Assembly: GCA_963845515.1 (NCBI GenBank)
Contig: CAWJSR010000052.1
Coordinates: 1 to 53,827 of the forward strand
Reading direction: 5' to 3'
Length of the DNA: 53,827 nt
Source of the DNA: an uncultured delta proteobacterium
GTDB taxonomy: Bacteria > Myxococcota > Myxococcia > Myxococcales > Anaeromyxobacteraceae
Positions 19,794-29,105 of the stretch are shown piece by piece (positions within the stretch are counted from its first letter, which is position 1; each line of letters starts with the position of its first letter). Below the pieces are notes generated by a model. That model had not been told where the DNA came from and searched no databases. It saw only the letters and a list, made by a program, of their open reading frames with translations. A program made the translations under genes and the position numbers.

Positions 19794-20177
19794 TCAGTGG
19801 CTCGACTTCGGATCAAGGGGACCGCCGCGCCGCCAGAGCCGGCGCTCCATCTCGTGCAGCGAGATGAAGAACACGAGCTTTCCGGGGCGCGCGATGCGGA
19901 GCTTCACGTAGAAGTTGCCGAGCTGCTCGATGCCGTAGCGCTGCTTCAGTTCCTGGCTGAGCCGAACGCCGTAGAGATCGTAGGGAACCCCACCGATCGG
20001 CACAGTCTCGGAGAAGTCATCGATCGACAGCATGGCCACGACGTCTCGGGCGAACGGCTTGCACTGGAAGAGGTCGATGTACGGCGTGAGCATGTCGAGG
20101 CAGCGGGCCCGATCGAGCAGGATGTCGGCCTCGGCACAGATGCGCTTGACCTCGTCGAGCGGATGGAAGGGCTGCAA
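19794..20177 (-). CDS. MqsR-like (RelE-fold) toxin, putative mRNA interferase
   Basis: P.HPLDEVK start, LSIDDFSET, YDLYG, FYVKL, FFISLH pattern; TTG start with GGGAGG RBS; lies directly upstream of the Zn-ribbon HTH gene. Confidence 0.7.
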   Translation of the reverse strand: MQPFHPLDEVKRICAEADILLDRARCLDMLTPYIDLFQCKPFARDVVAMLSIDDFSETVPIGGVPYDLYGVRLSQELKQRYGIEQLGNFYVKLRIARPGKLVFFISLHEMERRLWRRGGPLDPKSSH

Positions 20178-20198
20178 CCTGCTGCCTCCCGAAACTTA

Positions 20199-20217
20199 GT
20201 TTGGACCCAGTCCAAAC
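20199..20217. promoter_or_regulatory. Palindromic operator GTTTGGAC-N3-GTCCAAAC overlapping a putative sigma70 promoter of the toxin operon
   Basis: Perfect 8-bp inverted repeat; the minus strand reads TTGCGT-17nt-TAAGTT around it. Confidence 0.7.
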
Positions 20218-20390
20218 GCAACCGGAAATCCCGGTGCCCGTTAACGGTCCGATATCACTGTGCTGCGCGCCTAACCCGAAGGAGCGAATCTAGACGGTGA
20301 CGCGCCCGCACAACCTACCCGAGCGCACTGACAGCGACCCGGCCCAACCTCGCACTGCGGGTATGGCTATCGCCGTGATCTTCGGCGGAC

Positions 20391-22080
20391 CTACTGCAGG
20401 CGCCACGCCTTCTCGAGCACCCCCCGAAGCCTCGCTTGCCGCGCCTCCAAGACTACCGGGGTCCACTCCGCCTGCTGCAGGACCTCTGTCGTCAGCGCGA
20501 ACGGCGCCGACTTGGTCTTCGTTGACTGGAAGTACTTGGTCTTCTTGATGTCGAATTCGTAGTTCTGCGCCTCGCTGTTCTTCCGTCGGCTGAGAAGAAC
20601 CAGGTTAGCCAACCGACCCGTCCACAACTCACGCTGTGCCGCATCGGGGAACGACTTCATCCACTGACTGCCAGCAGCGGGCGTCTGGGGAAGAACGTGC
20701 TCGACCGTCGTGATCTCCCGATCGTACGTCGCCCCTCCGTCGGACAGCTCCTCGTCGAGACGAGTGAGGATGAACAGCCGCGTCTTCTTCTCGCCGTAAA
20801 CGTCCCCAGCAAGTCGCTCATTCGCGAGGCGTCGGTCCTGCGCGTCATCTGCAAGGACGGGTGAGTCGGGTCCGAACGGCGCACGGCCCTTCTCGAGCTC
20901 CTCCATCACCTTCCCAAAGCGTTCGATGCGCTGATTCACGTTCGCCCGGGCGATCATCATCATCGCGGCCTGGCGCTCGAGCTCGGAAAGAAATGCGGCA
21001 AGTTGGGCTGGTGTCGGCTGCCTGCGCCAGAGGTAGAGCATAGCAGCTGGCATCCAGTCGACGTTGTCGACACGGTTCAACCGTCGAAGCTGGTGGTTCA
21101 CCGCATCGGCGCCGGTGGAGCTTCTCGTAGGCCGCGTCCCGGATGGTCAGGTAGGCAGCGGATAGCGGTGAGAGAACCTGGTCGAGGAAGGCCTCTGGCT
21201 TCTCGGACGGCTTCACGGCCTCGCGGAACTCCTCCAGGATCGTGCCTCGGGGCTTTGTCTTCTTGAAGACAGTTCGAACGTGGGCGAAGACGTCCTCGAA
21301 GGCCTCTCGGCCCAACTCAGTCTCGAGTTCTTCCCAAAGCTTGGCGTACCCCGGCCTCTTTGCATCGGAGATCCCTCCGATGACCTCGGCCTTGAGAATA
21401 TCGGTGTGGGAAAGATCGAGCCCTCGGTCGTTGAGCACCGAGAAGATCCGGAATGCCGCTTTGAGATTCGGCGTCGACACCACGATGAGATAGCACCGCC
21501 TCATCATGAATTCGGCGAGGCGTTGCCGCTCGGGCTCGTCGAGCGAAACCAGTTTGTCCGCCAGAAGCAGCGCGTTCTCACGGATACGCTGCTGCGGTTC
21601 GTCGAGGTGCGCGGGATCGAGGGCGCGTAGCTTTGTGAATCCCGAAGGCTCTTGGACGTGCGCCCGGAAGAACACTGCGTCCTGCTCACGGAGGGTGAGC
21701 CGATACTGCGCCTCCGTCTTCGTGAACTTGTTGCCTGTGACGAAGAGCCAACCGGTCAGGTCATCCTTCCCCTCCTGGACCGTTTCCCGGAGCGCCGCCA
21801 GAAGGATGGAAAGCGTGGTGAGCCGCTGCTGACCGTCTACGACGTCCGAGGTGGGCTTTCCGTGCTCCTTGATGAGCACGACACTTCCTAGGAAGTACGG
21901 GTCGAGATCGTCGACCGGGGTGCCCTCGTCACCGATCGCGGTCATTAGATCGTCGTAGAGCAGCCCGACGTTCTCCTTCGTCCACGCGTATGGACGTTGG
22001 TAAAGGGGGATCTTGTAGACGTAGTCGCCGCCGAAGACTTCACTGAGGGGCTTCTGCTTTCCTTCGATCTCGGCGGTCAT
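20391..22080 (-). CDS. DUF262-DUF1524 (GmrSD-like) nuclease; 1-bp frameshift near 21123
   Basis: DUF262 motifs PLYQRPYAW, VVDGQQRLTT, IFSVLNDRG; DUF1524 HNH-type TVEHVLPQ...LANLVLL...NS in the next frame. Confidence 0.88.
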
Positions 22081-22238
22081 CCGTTTCTCTCTCCTGCCAA
22101 CATGCGAGTCGTCCTGCTCCAAGTGTTTACCGCTGTCTTGCCGGCCTCGGCCTATCTAGCTGCGAGGAAGTGCTCCATGGCGTTGCTGGCCCACTTCGAA
22201 TCCCTGGCATGGGTGGCCAGCGCCTGCAGTGAGTTGGC

Positions 22239-22757
22239 TCAGGGCCGCCGGTAGATCCCGAGATAGGGCAGGTTCCGGTACTTTCCGTCGACGTCGAGCC
22301 CGTAGCCGACCACGAACTCGTCGGGGATCTCGAAGCCCCTGTAGGCGATCGGGACCTTCACCTTCGCGCGCGCCGGCTTCTCCAGCAGCGCGCAGACCTG
22401 CACGCTCGCGGGGTGGCGCGTCGAGAGGTTCTCGATCAGGTAGGTCATCGTCAGCCCCGAGTCGATCACGTCCTCCACGAGCAGGACGTGCTCTCCGGCG
22501 ATCGGCCGGGAGAGGTCCTGGGTGATCTGGACGACGCCGCTCGAGGAGGTCCCGGCGTAGGAGCTGATCCCGATGAACTCGACCTCCAGGGGAAGCTTCA
22601 CTGCGCGCACCAGATCGGCGACGAAGACGAAGCTCCCCTTGAGCACGGCGACGATCACGAGCGCCTGCCCGGCGTAGTCGCGCGTGATCTCCCGGCCCAG
22701 CTCGGCAACCCGCGCCCTCAGGCGCTCCTCGGTGATCAGCGGCTCCAGATCCCTCAT
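22239..22757 (-). CDS. hpt: Hypoxanthine phosphoribosyltransferase
   Basis: [32 protein letters not shown]...YRNLPY. Confidence 0.96.
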   Translation of the reverse strand: MRDLEPLITEERLRARVAELGREITRDYAGQALVIVAVLKGSFVFVADLVRAVKLPLEVEFIGISSYAGTSSSGVVQITQDLSRPIAGEHVLLVEDVIDSGLTMTYLIENLSTRHPASVQVCALLEKPARAKVKVPIAYRGFEIPDEFVVGYGLDVDGKYRNLPYLGIYRRP

Positions 22758-22787
22758 GTGAGCGGGAGACTAGCGCGAACACCGACC

Positions 22788-23300
22788 CTACAGCTTCACC
22801 TGCACCTCGTAGCGCCGGTTCTTCGCCTTCTTCGCCGGCGTGTCGTCCGGCTTCACGAGCGGCTTCTCCGCCGCCATCCCGATCGACTCGATCTCGGCAG
22901 GGGCGACCCCCTTGGCGACCAGCTGCTTCACCATCACGGCGGCGCGCGCCGCCGAAAGCTCCTTGTTCTTCGCGGCGTCACCGGTCGAGTCCGTGTGGCC
23001 GGAGACGACGAACTTGAAGTTCTTCACGCCGGCGTTGGTGAGCTTCTTCTTGGCGTCGATGAGCTGCTTCGCGAGCTTCGTCGCCTTGGCCTCGCACCCC
23101 GGCTCGAGGTCGGCGGTGCCGCTCTTGAAGGAGCACTGGTTCTTCCGCCCCTCCTCGAGGAGCTTCTTGTTGATCTCCTTCTCGAGCTTCGTGGTCGCGG
23201 AGCCGCCCGCCGCCTTCTTGGCGAGGTCCCAGGCGCCCTGGGCGCTGGCGAGCGGCGGGGAGAGGATGACGATGGCTGCGGCGACCAGCATGCGACGCAT
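22788..23300 (-). CDS. Exported OmpA-like peptidoglycan-binding protein
   Basis: Signal peptide; GHTDSTG...N.ELS..RA...NRR motif. Confidence 0.9.
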   Translation of the reverse strand: MRRMLVAAAIVILSPPLASAQGAWDLAKKAAGGSATTKLEKEINKKLLEEGRKNQCSFKSGTADLEPGCEAKATKLAKQLIDAKKKLTNAGVKNFKFVVSGHTDSTGDAAKNKELSAARAAVMVKQLVAKGVAPAEIESIGMAAEKPLVKPDDTPAKKAKNRRYEVQVKL

Positions 23301-23419
23301 TTGGAGCCTCCGTTGTGGTGAACGGCCCGAATGATCCCCGCCTCCACCTCGACGGACAAGCGACTACCCCGTCAAGGTGCGCGATAATGTGCGGTACACC
23401 CCAGCCGGGAGCGGTCGCC

Positions 23420-23623
23420 GTGAAGCGCGCGAACCTGAAGGCCGATCGCCTCGTCGCCCTCTTCATGCTGGGCTTCGTCCTCTTCAACTACCCGTTCCTG
23501 GCCGTCTTCAACCGCGCCCGGCTGGTGCTCGGCGTGCCGCTCCTCTACCTCTACCTCTTCCTGGCGTGGGGGGCGGTCATCGCGCTCGCCGCCCTGGCCA
23601 CCGCCGGCTCCGAGGACCCCTAG
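23420..23623 (+). CDS. Small 2-TM protein associated with SLC5 transporter/sensor
   Basis: GTG start after GGGAG; LFNYPFL...GVPLLYLYLF..W; directly upstream of the SLC5-kinase. Confidence 0.8.
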   Translation: MKRANLKADRLVALFMLGFVLFNYPFLAVFNRARLVLGVPLLYLYLFLAWGAVIALAALATAGSEDP

Positions 23624-23653
23624 CCGCGGACAGCGTTGCCCGCGAGGTGATCG

Positions 23654-26434
23654 ATGCTGCAGGAGTGGGCCGTCGTAGCGCTCGCCTTCGCCTACCTTGG
23701 GGTGCTCTTCGGCATCGCCTACTGGGCGGATGCCAGGGCCGACGCCGGCAGGAGCGTCATCGCCAACCCGTACATCTACTCGCTCTCGCTCGCGGTCTAC
23801 GCGACCGCCTGGACCTTCTACGGGAGCGTGGGCCGGGCGGCGAGCAGCGGCGTCGGCTTCCTGCCGATCTACATCGGCCCCACGCTCATCGCGCTCCTCT
23901 GGTGGTCGGTGCTCCGGAAGATCATCCGGATCAGCAAGGTGCACCGGATCACGTCGCTCGCCGACTTCATCGCGTCGCGGTACGGGAAGAGCGCGCCGCT
24001 CGCCGGCCTGGTGACCATCATCGCCGTCGTCGGGATCCTCCCCTACGTGTCGCTGCAGCTGAAGGCGATCGCGACCGGGCTGGAGATCCTGCGGACGCAC
24101 CAGATCGCCGCGTCCGGGCTGCCCCTCGCCGAGGGGGAGCCGGTCTTCAGCGACTCGGCCTTCTACATCGCGATGCTCCTCGCTGCCTTCACCATCATCT
24201 TCGGGACGCGCCACCTCGACGCCTCGGAGCGGCACGAGGGGATGGTGGCGGCCATCGCCTTCGAGTCGCTGGTGAAGCTCGTCTCCTTCCTGGCGGTGGG
24301 CGCCTTCGTGACGTGGGGGATCTTCGGTGGCTTCGGCGACATCTTCGCGCAGGCCCGCGCCACGCCAGGCCTCGAGCGGCTCTTCATCGTCGGCGACGGC
24401 GGCGCGGCCGGCATCGGGCCGGCGTGGTCCTCGCTGGTCTCCTCCTCGTTCGTCGCGATGCTCGCGATCCTCTTCCTGCCGCGGCAGTTCCAGGTGGCGG
24501 TGGTGGAGAACGTCGACGAGCGCCACGTGAAGACCGCCATCTGGCTCTTCCCGCTCTACCTGCTCGTCATCAACGTCTTCGTGCCCTCCATCGCCTTCGG
24601 GGGGCTCGTCCGCTTCGCCGGGATGGGGGTCGATCCCGACACCTTCGTCCTCAGCCTGCCGCTCGCCGAGGGGCAGAACGCCCTCGCCCTGCTCGTCTTC
24701 GTCGGCGGCCTGTCCGCCTCCACCGGCATGGTGATCGTCGAGACGATCGCGCTCTCGACCATGGTCTGCAACGACCTGGTGATGCCGCTGCTGCTGCGCT
24801 GGCGCGCCCTGCGGCTCCACGACCGGCCGGACCTCTCCGGCCTGCTCCTCGGGATCCGGCGGGGGGCGATCGTCGCGACGCTGCTGCTCGGGTACCTCTA
24901 CTTCCGGCTCGCAGGCGAGGCCTACACGCTCGTCTCGATCGGCCTCTTCTCCTTCGCCGCCGTGGCACAGTTCGCCCCGGCGCTCGTCGGGGGGATCTAC
25001 TGGCGCGCCGGGACGCGGCTCGGCGCCTTCGCCGGGCTCGGCGCCGGCTTCGCCGTCTGGCTCTACACCCTGGTCCTGCCCCTCTTCGTCCGCTCCGGCG
25101 CGCTGTCGTCCAGCATCCTGACCGACGGCCCCTTCGGCGCGGGGCTGCTCCGCCCGACCCAGCTCCTCGGCGTCGGCGGCCTGGACGAGATCACCCACGC
25201 CGTCCTCTGGACGATGATCGCCAACATCGGCGCGTACGTGGGCGTCTCCCTCGTCACCGGCCAGAGCGCGGTGGAGCGGAGCCAGACGACTCTCTTCATC
25301 GACGTCTTCAAGCACTCCGCCGCCGGCACCGGCGCGCTCTTCTGGCGTGGCGGCGTCTCGGTCCAGGAGCTCCGCGGCCTCCTCTCCCGCTTCCTGGGCC
25401 CCGACAAGGCCGGCGACGTCCTGGAGAGCTACGCGCGACAGCGCCACCTCAAGACCGCCTTCGAGGTGGAGGCGGACGCCAACCTCGTACAGTTCGCGGA
25501 GACGCAGCTCGCCGGGGCCATCGGCGGCGCGTCTGCCCACGCCATGGTGGCCTCCGTGGTCAAGGAGGCCCCGCTCACCATGGACGAGGTGATGAGCATC
25601 CTCGAGGAGGCCTCGCAGATCATGAAGTACAGCCGCGAGCTGGAGCAGAAGTCTCGCGAGCTGGAGGCCGCCTACGCGGACCTTCGCGCCGCCAACGAGC
25701 AGCTGAAGCAGCTCGACAGGATGAAGGACGACTTCGTGTCGCACGTCTCGCACGAGCTGCGCACGCCGCTCACGTCCATACGCGCGTTCTCCGAGATCCT
25801 CCACGACAACCCCGACCTCGACCCGCTGCGGCGCACCAGGTACCTCGGGATCGTCATCTCCGAGTCGGAGCGGCTGACCCGGCTCATCAACGACATCCTG
25901 GACCTCGCCAAGATCGAGGCGGGCGCGCTCGAGTGGAACCTGCGGGAGCTCGACCCGCGCGAGGTCGTGGAGCACGCCGTCTCCACGATCCGCCAGCTCT
26001 TCGAGGACCGCAGGGTGACGCTGGAGGTGAAGGTGCCGGAGCGGGTTCCCAGCGTGGTGGCCGACCGCGATCGCCTGGTGCAGGTCCTGCTCAACCTGCT
26101 CTCGAACGCCGCCAAGTACGGCGGGGACCGCGGGGGACGGGTCTGCGTCTCGCTCCACGTGCTGCGGGACTCCGTCAGGATCGACGTCAGCGACGACGGC
26201 CCCGGGATCGCCGCCGACGACCAGGAGCGGATCTTCCAGAAGTTCAGGCAGTCCGGCGACACCGCCGCCGACCGCCCCAGCGGGACCGGCCTCGGCCTCG
26301 CGATCAGCCGTGAGATCATCCAGCGCTTCGGCGGCCGGCTGTGGGTGGAGAGCGCGCTCGGCCGCGGCTCGACCTTCTCCTTCACGGTGCCGACCTTCGT
26401 CCCGGCGCCGGCGCCGCCCCAGAGGAGCACGTGA
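23654..26434 (+). CDS. CrbS/CbrA-type sensor: Na+/solute symporter (SLC5) domain fused to a histidine kinase
   Basis: YSLSLAVYATAWTFYGSVG, SLADFIASRYGK, LPRQFQV.VVEN; STAC-like helical linker; SHELRTPL, NLLSNA.KY, DDGPG, GTGLGL. Confidence 0.92.
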   Translation: MLQEWAVVALAFAYLGVLFGIAYWADARADAGRSVIANPYIYSLSLAVYATAWTFYGSVGRAASSGVGFLPIYIGPTLIALLWWSVLRKIIRISKVHRITSLADFIASRYGKSAPLAGLVTIIAVVGILPYVSLQLKAIATGLEILRTHQIAASGLPLAEGEPVFSDSAFYIAMLLAAFTIIFGTRHLDASERHEGMVAAIAFESLVKLVSFLAVGAFVTWGIFGGFGDIFAQARATPGLERLFIVGDGGAAGIGPAWSSLVSSSFVAMLAILFLPRQFQVAVVENVDERHVKTAIWLFPLYLLVINVFVPSIAFGGLVRFAGMGVDPDTFVLSLPLAEGQNALALLVFVGGLSASTGMVIVETIALSTMVCNDLVMPLLLRWRALRLHDRPDLSGLLLGIRRGAIVATLLLGYLYFRLAGEAYTLVSIGLFSFAAVAQFAPALVGGIYWRAGTRLGAFAGLGAGFAVWLYTLVLPLFVRSGALSSSILTDGPFGAGLLRPTQLLGVGGLDEITHAVLWTMIANIGAYVGVSLVTGQSAVERSQTTLFIDVFKHSAAGTGALFWRGGVSVQELRGLLSRFLGPDKAGDVLESYARQRHLKTAFEVEADANLVQFAETQLAGAIGGASAHAMVASVVKEAPLTMDEVMSILEEASQIMKYSRELEQKSRELEAAYADLRAANEQLKQLDRMKDDFVSHVSHELRTPLTSIRAFSEILHDNPDLDPLRRTRYLGIVISESERLTRLINDILDLAKIEAGALEWNLRELDPREVVEHAVSTIRQLFEDRRVTLEVKVPERVPSVVADRDRLVQVLLNLLSNAAKYGGDRGGRVCVSLHVLRDSVRIDVSDDGPGIAADDQERIFQKFRQSGDTAADRPSGTGLGLAISREIIQRFGGRLWVESALGRGSTFSFTVPTFVPAPAPPQRST

Positions 26435-26808
26435 TGGCCGCGAGAGTCCTGATCGCCGACGACGAGCCGAACATCGTCCTGTCCCTCGAGTTCCTCATGG
26501 AGCAGAGCGGCTACGAGGTGCGCATCGCCCGCACCGGAGAGGAGGCGCTCGCCGCCGTCGAGACCTTCCAGCCGGACCTCGTGCTGCTCGACGTGATGAT
26601 GCCGAGGAAGAACGGCTACGAGGTCCTGCAGGCGATCCGCGGCAACCCCGCCCGGCGTGCGACCAGGATCGTGCTCCTCACGGCCAAGGGGCGCGACGTC
26701 GACGTCGAGAAGGGGCTCGGCCTCGGCGCCGACGCCTACGTGACGAAGCCCTTCGCGACGCGCGAGCTGGTGGCCCAGGTCAAGGCGCTCCTCGGCGACA
26801 AGGCATGA
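26434..26808 (+). CDS. Single-domain response regulator
   Basis: VLIADDE, LLDVMMP, LLTA, KPF; start overlaps the kinase stop (TGATG). Confidence 0.93.
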   Translation: MAARVLIADDEPNIVLSLEFLMEQSGYEVRIARTGEEALAAVETFQPDLVLLDVMMPRKNGYEVLQAIRGNPARRATRIVLLTAKGRDVDVEKGLGLGADAYVTKPFATRELVAQVKALLGDKA

Positions 26809-28970
26809 ACGGGAAGCTCAAGTTCGCCCTGCTCCTCGCCGGGCTCTACCTCCTCTCGCTCGTCCCGATCGCGGCGGTGGTCGGGCTCTTCTGGATCGAC
26901 CTCGACTGGGTCGAGCGGGACTCCTTCCTCGCGATCGTGGAGCGCCGCGCCAGCCTCTTCGTCCTCGCGGCCCTGACGATGCTCGGCGTGGTCGCCGTCC
27001 TGCTCCGCGCCTTCTACGCCAAGTACGTGGTGCCGCCGCTCAAGCTGGCCGAGGCGACGCGGATCATCCTCGGCGCGAACCCGGCCCACCGGGTGAAGCC
27101 GGAGGGCGGCGAGGAGCCCCAGGCGCTGGCCGAGGTGATCAACGCGTTCGCGGTCCAGCACCAGGCGCTGCAGCGCGACGTGGACGCGCGGATCGGTGAG
27201 GCCCAGGCCCGGGTCTCCGAGGAGCGGAACCGGCTCGCGGCGCTCATCGCCGAGCTCACGCAGGGCGTGCTGGTCTGCAACTCCGAGGGACGCATCCTCC
27301 TCTTCAACGGGCGCGCGAGGGAGCTGGTTGGCCAGGGTGGCGAGCTGCGCCGCGCGGCAGGCGGCGCGAGCCTCGTGGGACTCGGGCGCTCGGTCTTCGC
27401 GATCTTCGAGCGCAGCCTCGTCGCGCACGCGCTGGAGACCGTCCAGGCCCGCCGCCGGGAAGGGAGGGCGTCCCCGGTCGCCCACTTCGCCGCGACGGCC
27501 GGCCAGCACCTCGTCCACGTGCAGGTGACGCCGGTGATGGCCCCGGCCGACGGCCGGGAGGACGCGCCCGCCCTCACTGGCTTCATCCTGCTGGTCGACG
27601 ACGTCACCGAGGCGGCGGACCGGGAGACTCGCCGGGCCGGGGTCTTCCTCGGGCTCGCCGACGCGAGCCGGCGCGCGCTCGCCAGCATCCGCGCGGCGGT
27701 GGAGACGCTCGCCGCCTACCCCGGGATGGACCCTGCCCAACGCACCCGCTTCGCCGGCGTGATCGGCGAGGAGGCTGCGTCCCTCTCCGCGCGCCTGGCG
27801 CAGGCGGAGGCCGAGTACGAGTCGACGCAGCGGCCGGAGTGGCTCGTCCAGAGCGTCCCGGGCGCCGACCTCGCGAGCGCCGCCGCGCGCCACATCGGCG
27901 CGCGGCTCGGGATCCCGGTGCGGCACGACGAGGTCGATCCCTCGGTGTGGCTCCGCGCGGACGCCTACTCGCTCATGCAGGCCCTCACCGCGATCGCGAC
28001 GTGGCTCCACCTGGAGGGGGGAGTCGGAGAGATCCGGCTGCGGCTGCGGGGCGCCCTCCGGCTCGCCCACCTCGACCTGGCGTGGTCCGGCGCGTCCTTC
28101 GATCCCGACTTGCTCTCCGCGTGGGAGGACCGGCCGCTGTCGGCCGCCGGCGAGTCGAGCCAGCTGACGCTGAAGCAGGTGCTCGAGCGGCACGAGGGGG
28201 AGCTGTGGCACCAGACCGACCGCTCGGCGGGGACCGGTCTCTTCCGGTTCGTCCTGCCGCTCGCCCAGCCCCAGGCGGCGGCGCCGAGACCGGCCGTGGC
28301 AGCCGAGCCGAGCCGCCCCGAGTTCTTCGACTTCGACCTCTTCGCGCTGGCGGACCTGGATCCCGAGCTGGACCAGCGCAAGCTCGCCGACCTCACCTTC
28401 ACGGTCTTCGACACCGAGACGACCGGCCTGACACCCGGGACCGACGAGATCGTGTGCATCGGGGCCATCCGGATCGTCAACGGCCGCGTCCTGCACCAGG
28501 ACAGCTTCGAGCAGTTCGTCGATCCAGGGCGCTCGATGTCGACGGAGGCGGCGCGGATCACCGGCATCGACGCCTCGATGCTGCGCGGCCAGCCCCCCAT
28601 CGAGCAGGTCCTCCCCCAGTTCCAGGGGTACTGCGAGGAGACGGTGCTCGTCGCCCATAACGCGGCCTTCGACATGCGCTTCCTGCAGCTCCTGGAGCCG
28701 CGCACCGGTGTCCGCTTCACCCAGCCGGTGCTCGACACGCTCCTCCTCTCCGCGGTCCTGCATCCCAACCTGGCCGCCAACCACTTCGAGGAGATCGCCG
28801 AGCGCTTCGGCGTCGCCATGATCGGCCGCCACACCGCGCTCGGCGACGCCATCATGACGGGTGAGATCTTCCTGAAGATGATCCCGTTGCTCGCCGACGC
28901 AGGGATCGTCACGCTGAGGGACGCCCGCGAGGCGTCGCAGCGGACCTGGCAGGCGCGCATCAAGTACTGA
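26805..28970 (+). CDS. Membrane-anchored HAMP/PAS protein with degenerate kinase-like region and C-terminal DEDDh (DnaQ-like) exonuclease
   Basis: Two TM helices, HAMP-like and PAS-like (GVLVCNSEGRILLFN) segments; FDTETTG, AHNAAFD, HTALGDA; ATGA overlap with the response regulator. Confidence 0.88.
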   Translation: MNGKLKFALLLAGLYLLSLVPIAAVVGLFWIDLDWVERDSFLAIVERRASLFVLAALTMLGVVAVLLRAFYAKYVVPPLKLAEATRIILGANPAHRVKPEGGEEPQALAEVINAFAVQHQALQRDVDARIGEAQARVSEERNRLAALIAELTQGVLVCNSEGRILLFNGRARELVGQGGELRRAAGGASLVGLGRSVFAIFERSLVAHALETVQARRREGRASPVAHFAATAGQHLVHVQVTPVMAPADGREDAPALTGFILLVDDVTEAADRETRRAGVFLGLADASRRALASIRAAVETLAAYPGMDPAQRTRFAGVIGEEAASLSARLAQAEAEYESTQRPEWLVQSVPGADLASAAARHIGARLGIPVRHDEVDPSVWLRADAYSLMQALTAIATWLHLEGGVGEIRLRLRGALRLAHLDLAWSGASFDPDLLSAWEDRPLSAAGESSQLTLKQVLERHEGELWHQTDRSAGTGLFRFVLPLAQPQAAAPRPAVAAEPSRPEFFDFDLFALADLDPELDQRKLADLTFTVFDTETTGLTPGTDEIVCIGAIRIVNGRVLHQDSFEQFVDPGRSMSTEAARITGIDASMLRGQPPIEQVLPQFQGYCEETVLVAHNAAFDMRFLQLLEPRTGVRFTQPVLDTLLLSAVLHPNLAANHFEEIAERFGVAMIGRHTALGDAIMTGEIFLKMIPLLADAGIVTLRDAREASQRTWQARIKY

Positions 28971-29105
28971 TCATGGGGCCCCGCCGGCCTCCAGTGACTT
29001 CCCCGCCCGCTGGTCCGTCCACTCGAGGATCCCGGGCGACACGGCCCCGGTTTTCTGTAAGATGCGGCCCCACTTCTCCCCCGCCCCGCGCGGAGCCTCG
29101 CCTCG

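Larger units (their letters stand above)
18652..22080 (-). other. Accessory defence islet: TAC module plus GmrSD-like nuclease
   Basis: Four co-oriented genes between core genes (coiled-coil gene and hpt); visibly more A/T than flanks; no integrase or flanking repeats seen. Confidence 0.7.

Noticed and set aside
20269..20275. GCCTAAC resembling an integron attC core site between the toxin and DUF262 genes
   Set aside because: No matching GTTRRRY at a suitable distance, no attC-like stem and no integrase
22195..22204. TTCGAATCCC resembling a tRNA T-arm, a possible att site at the islet edge
   Set aside because: No cloverleaf, no CCA end and no second copy at the other islet boundary
22152..22235. 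Short minus-strand reading (LQALATHARDSKWASNAMEHFLAAR*) that could be a gene remnant
   Set aside because: Too short, with no start codon or recognisable motif; cannot be supported without a search
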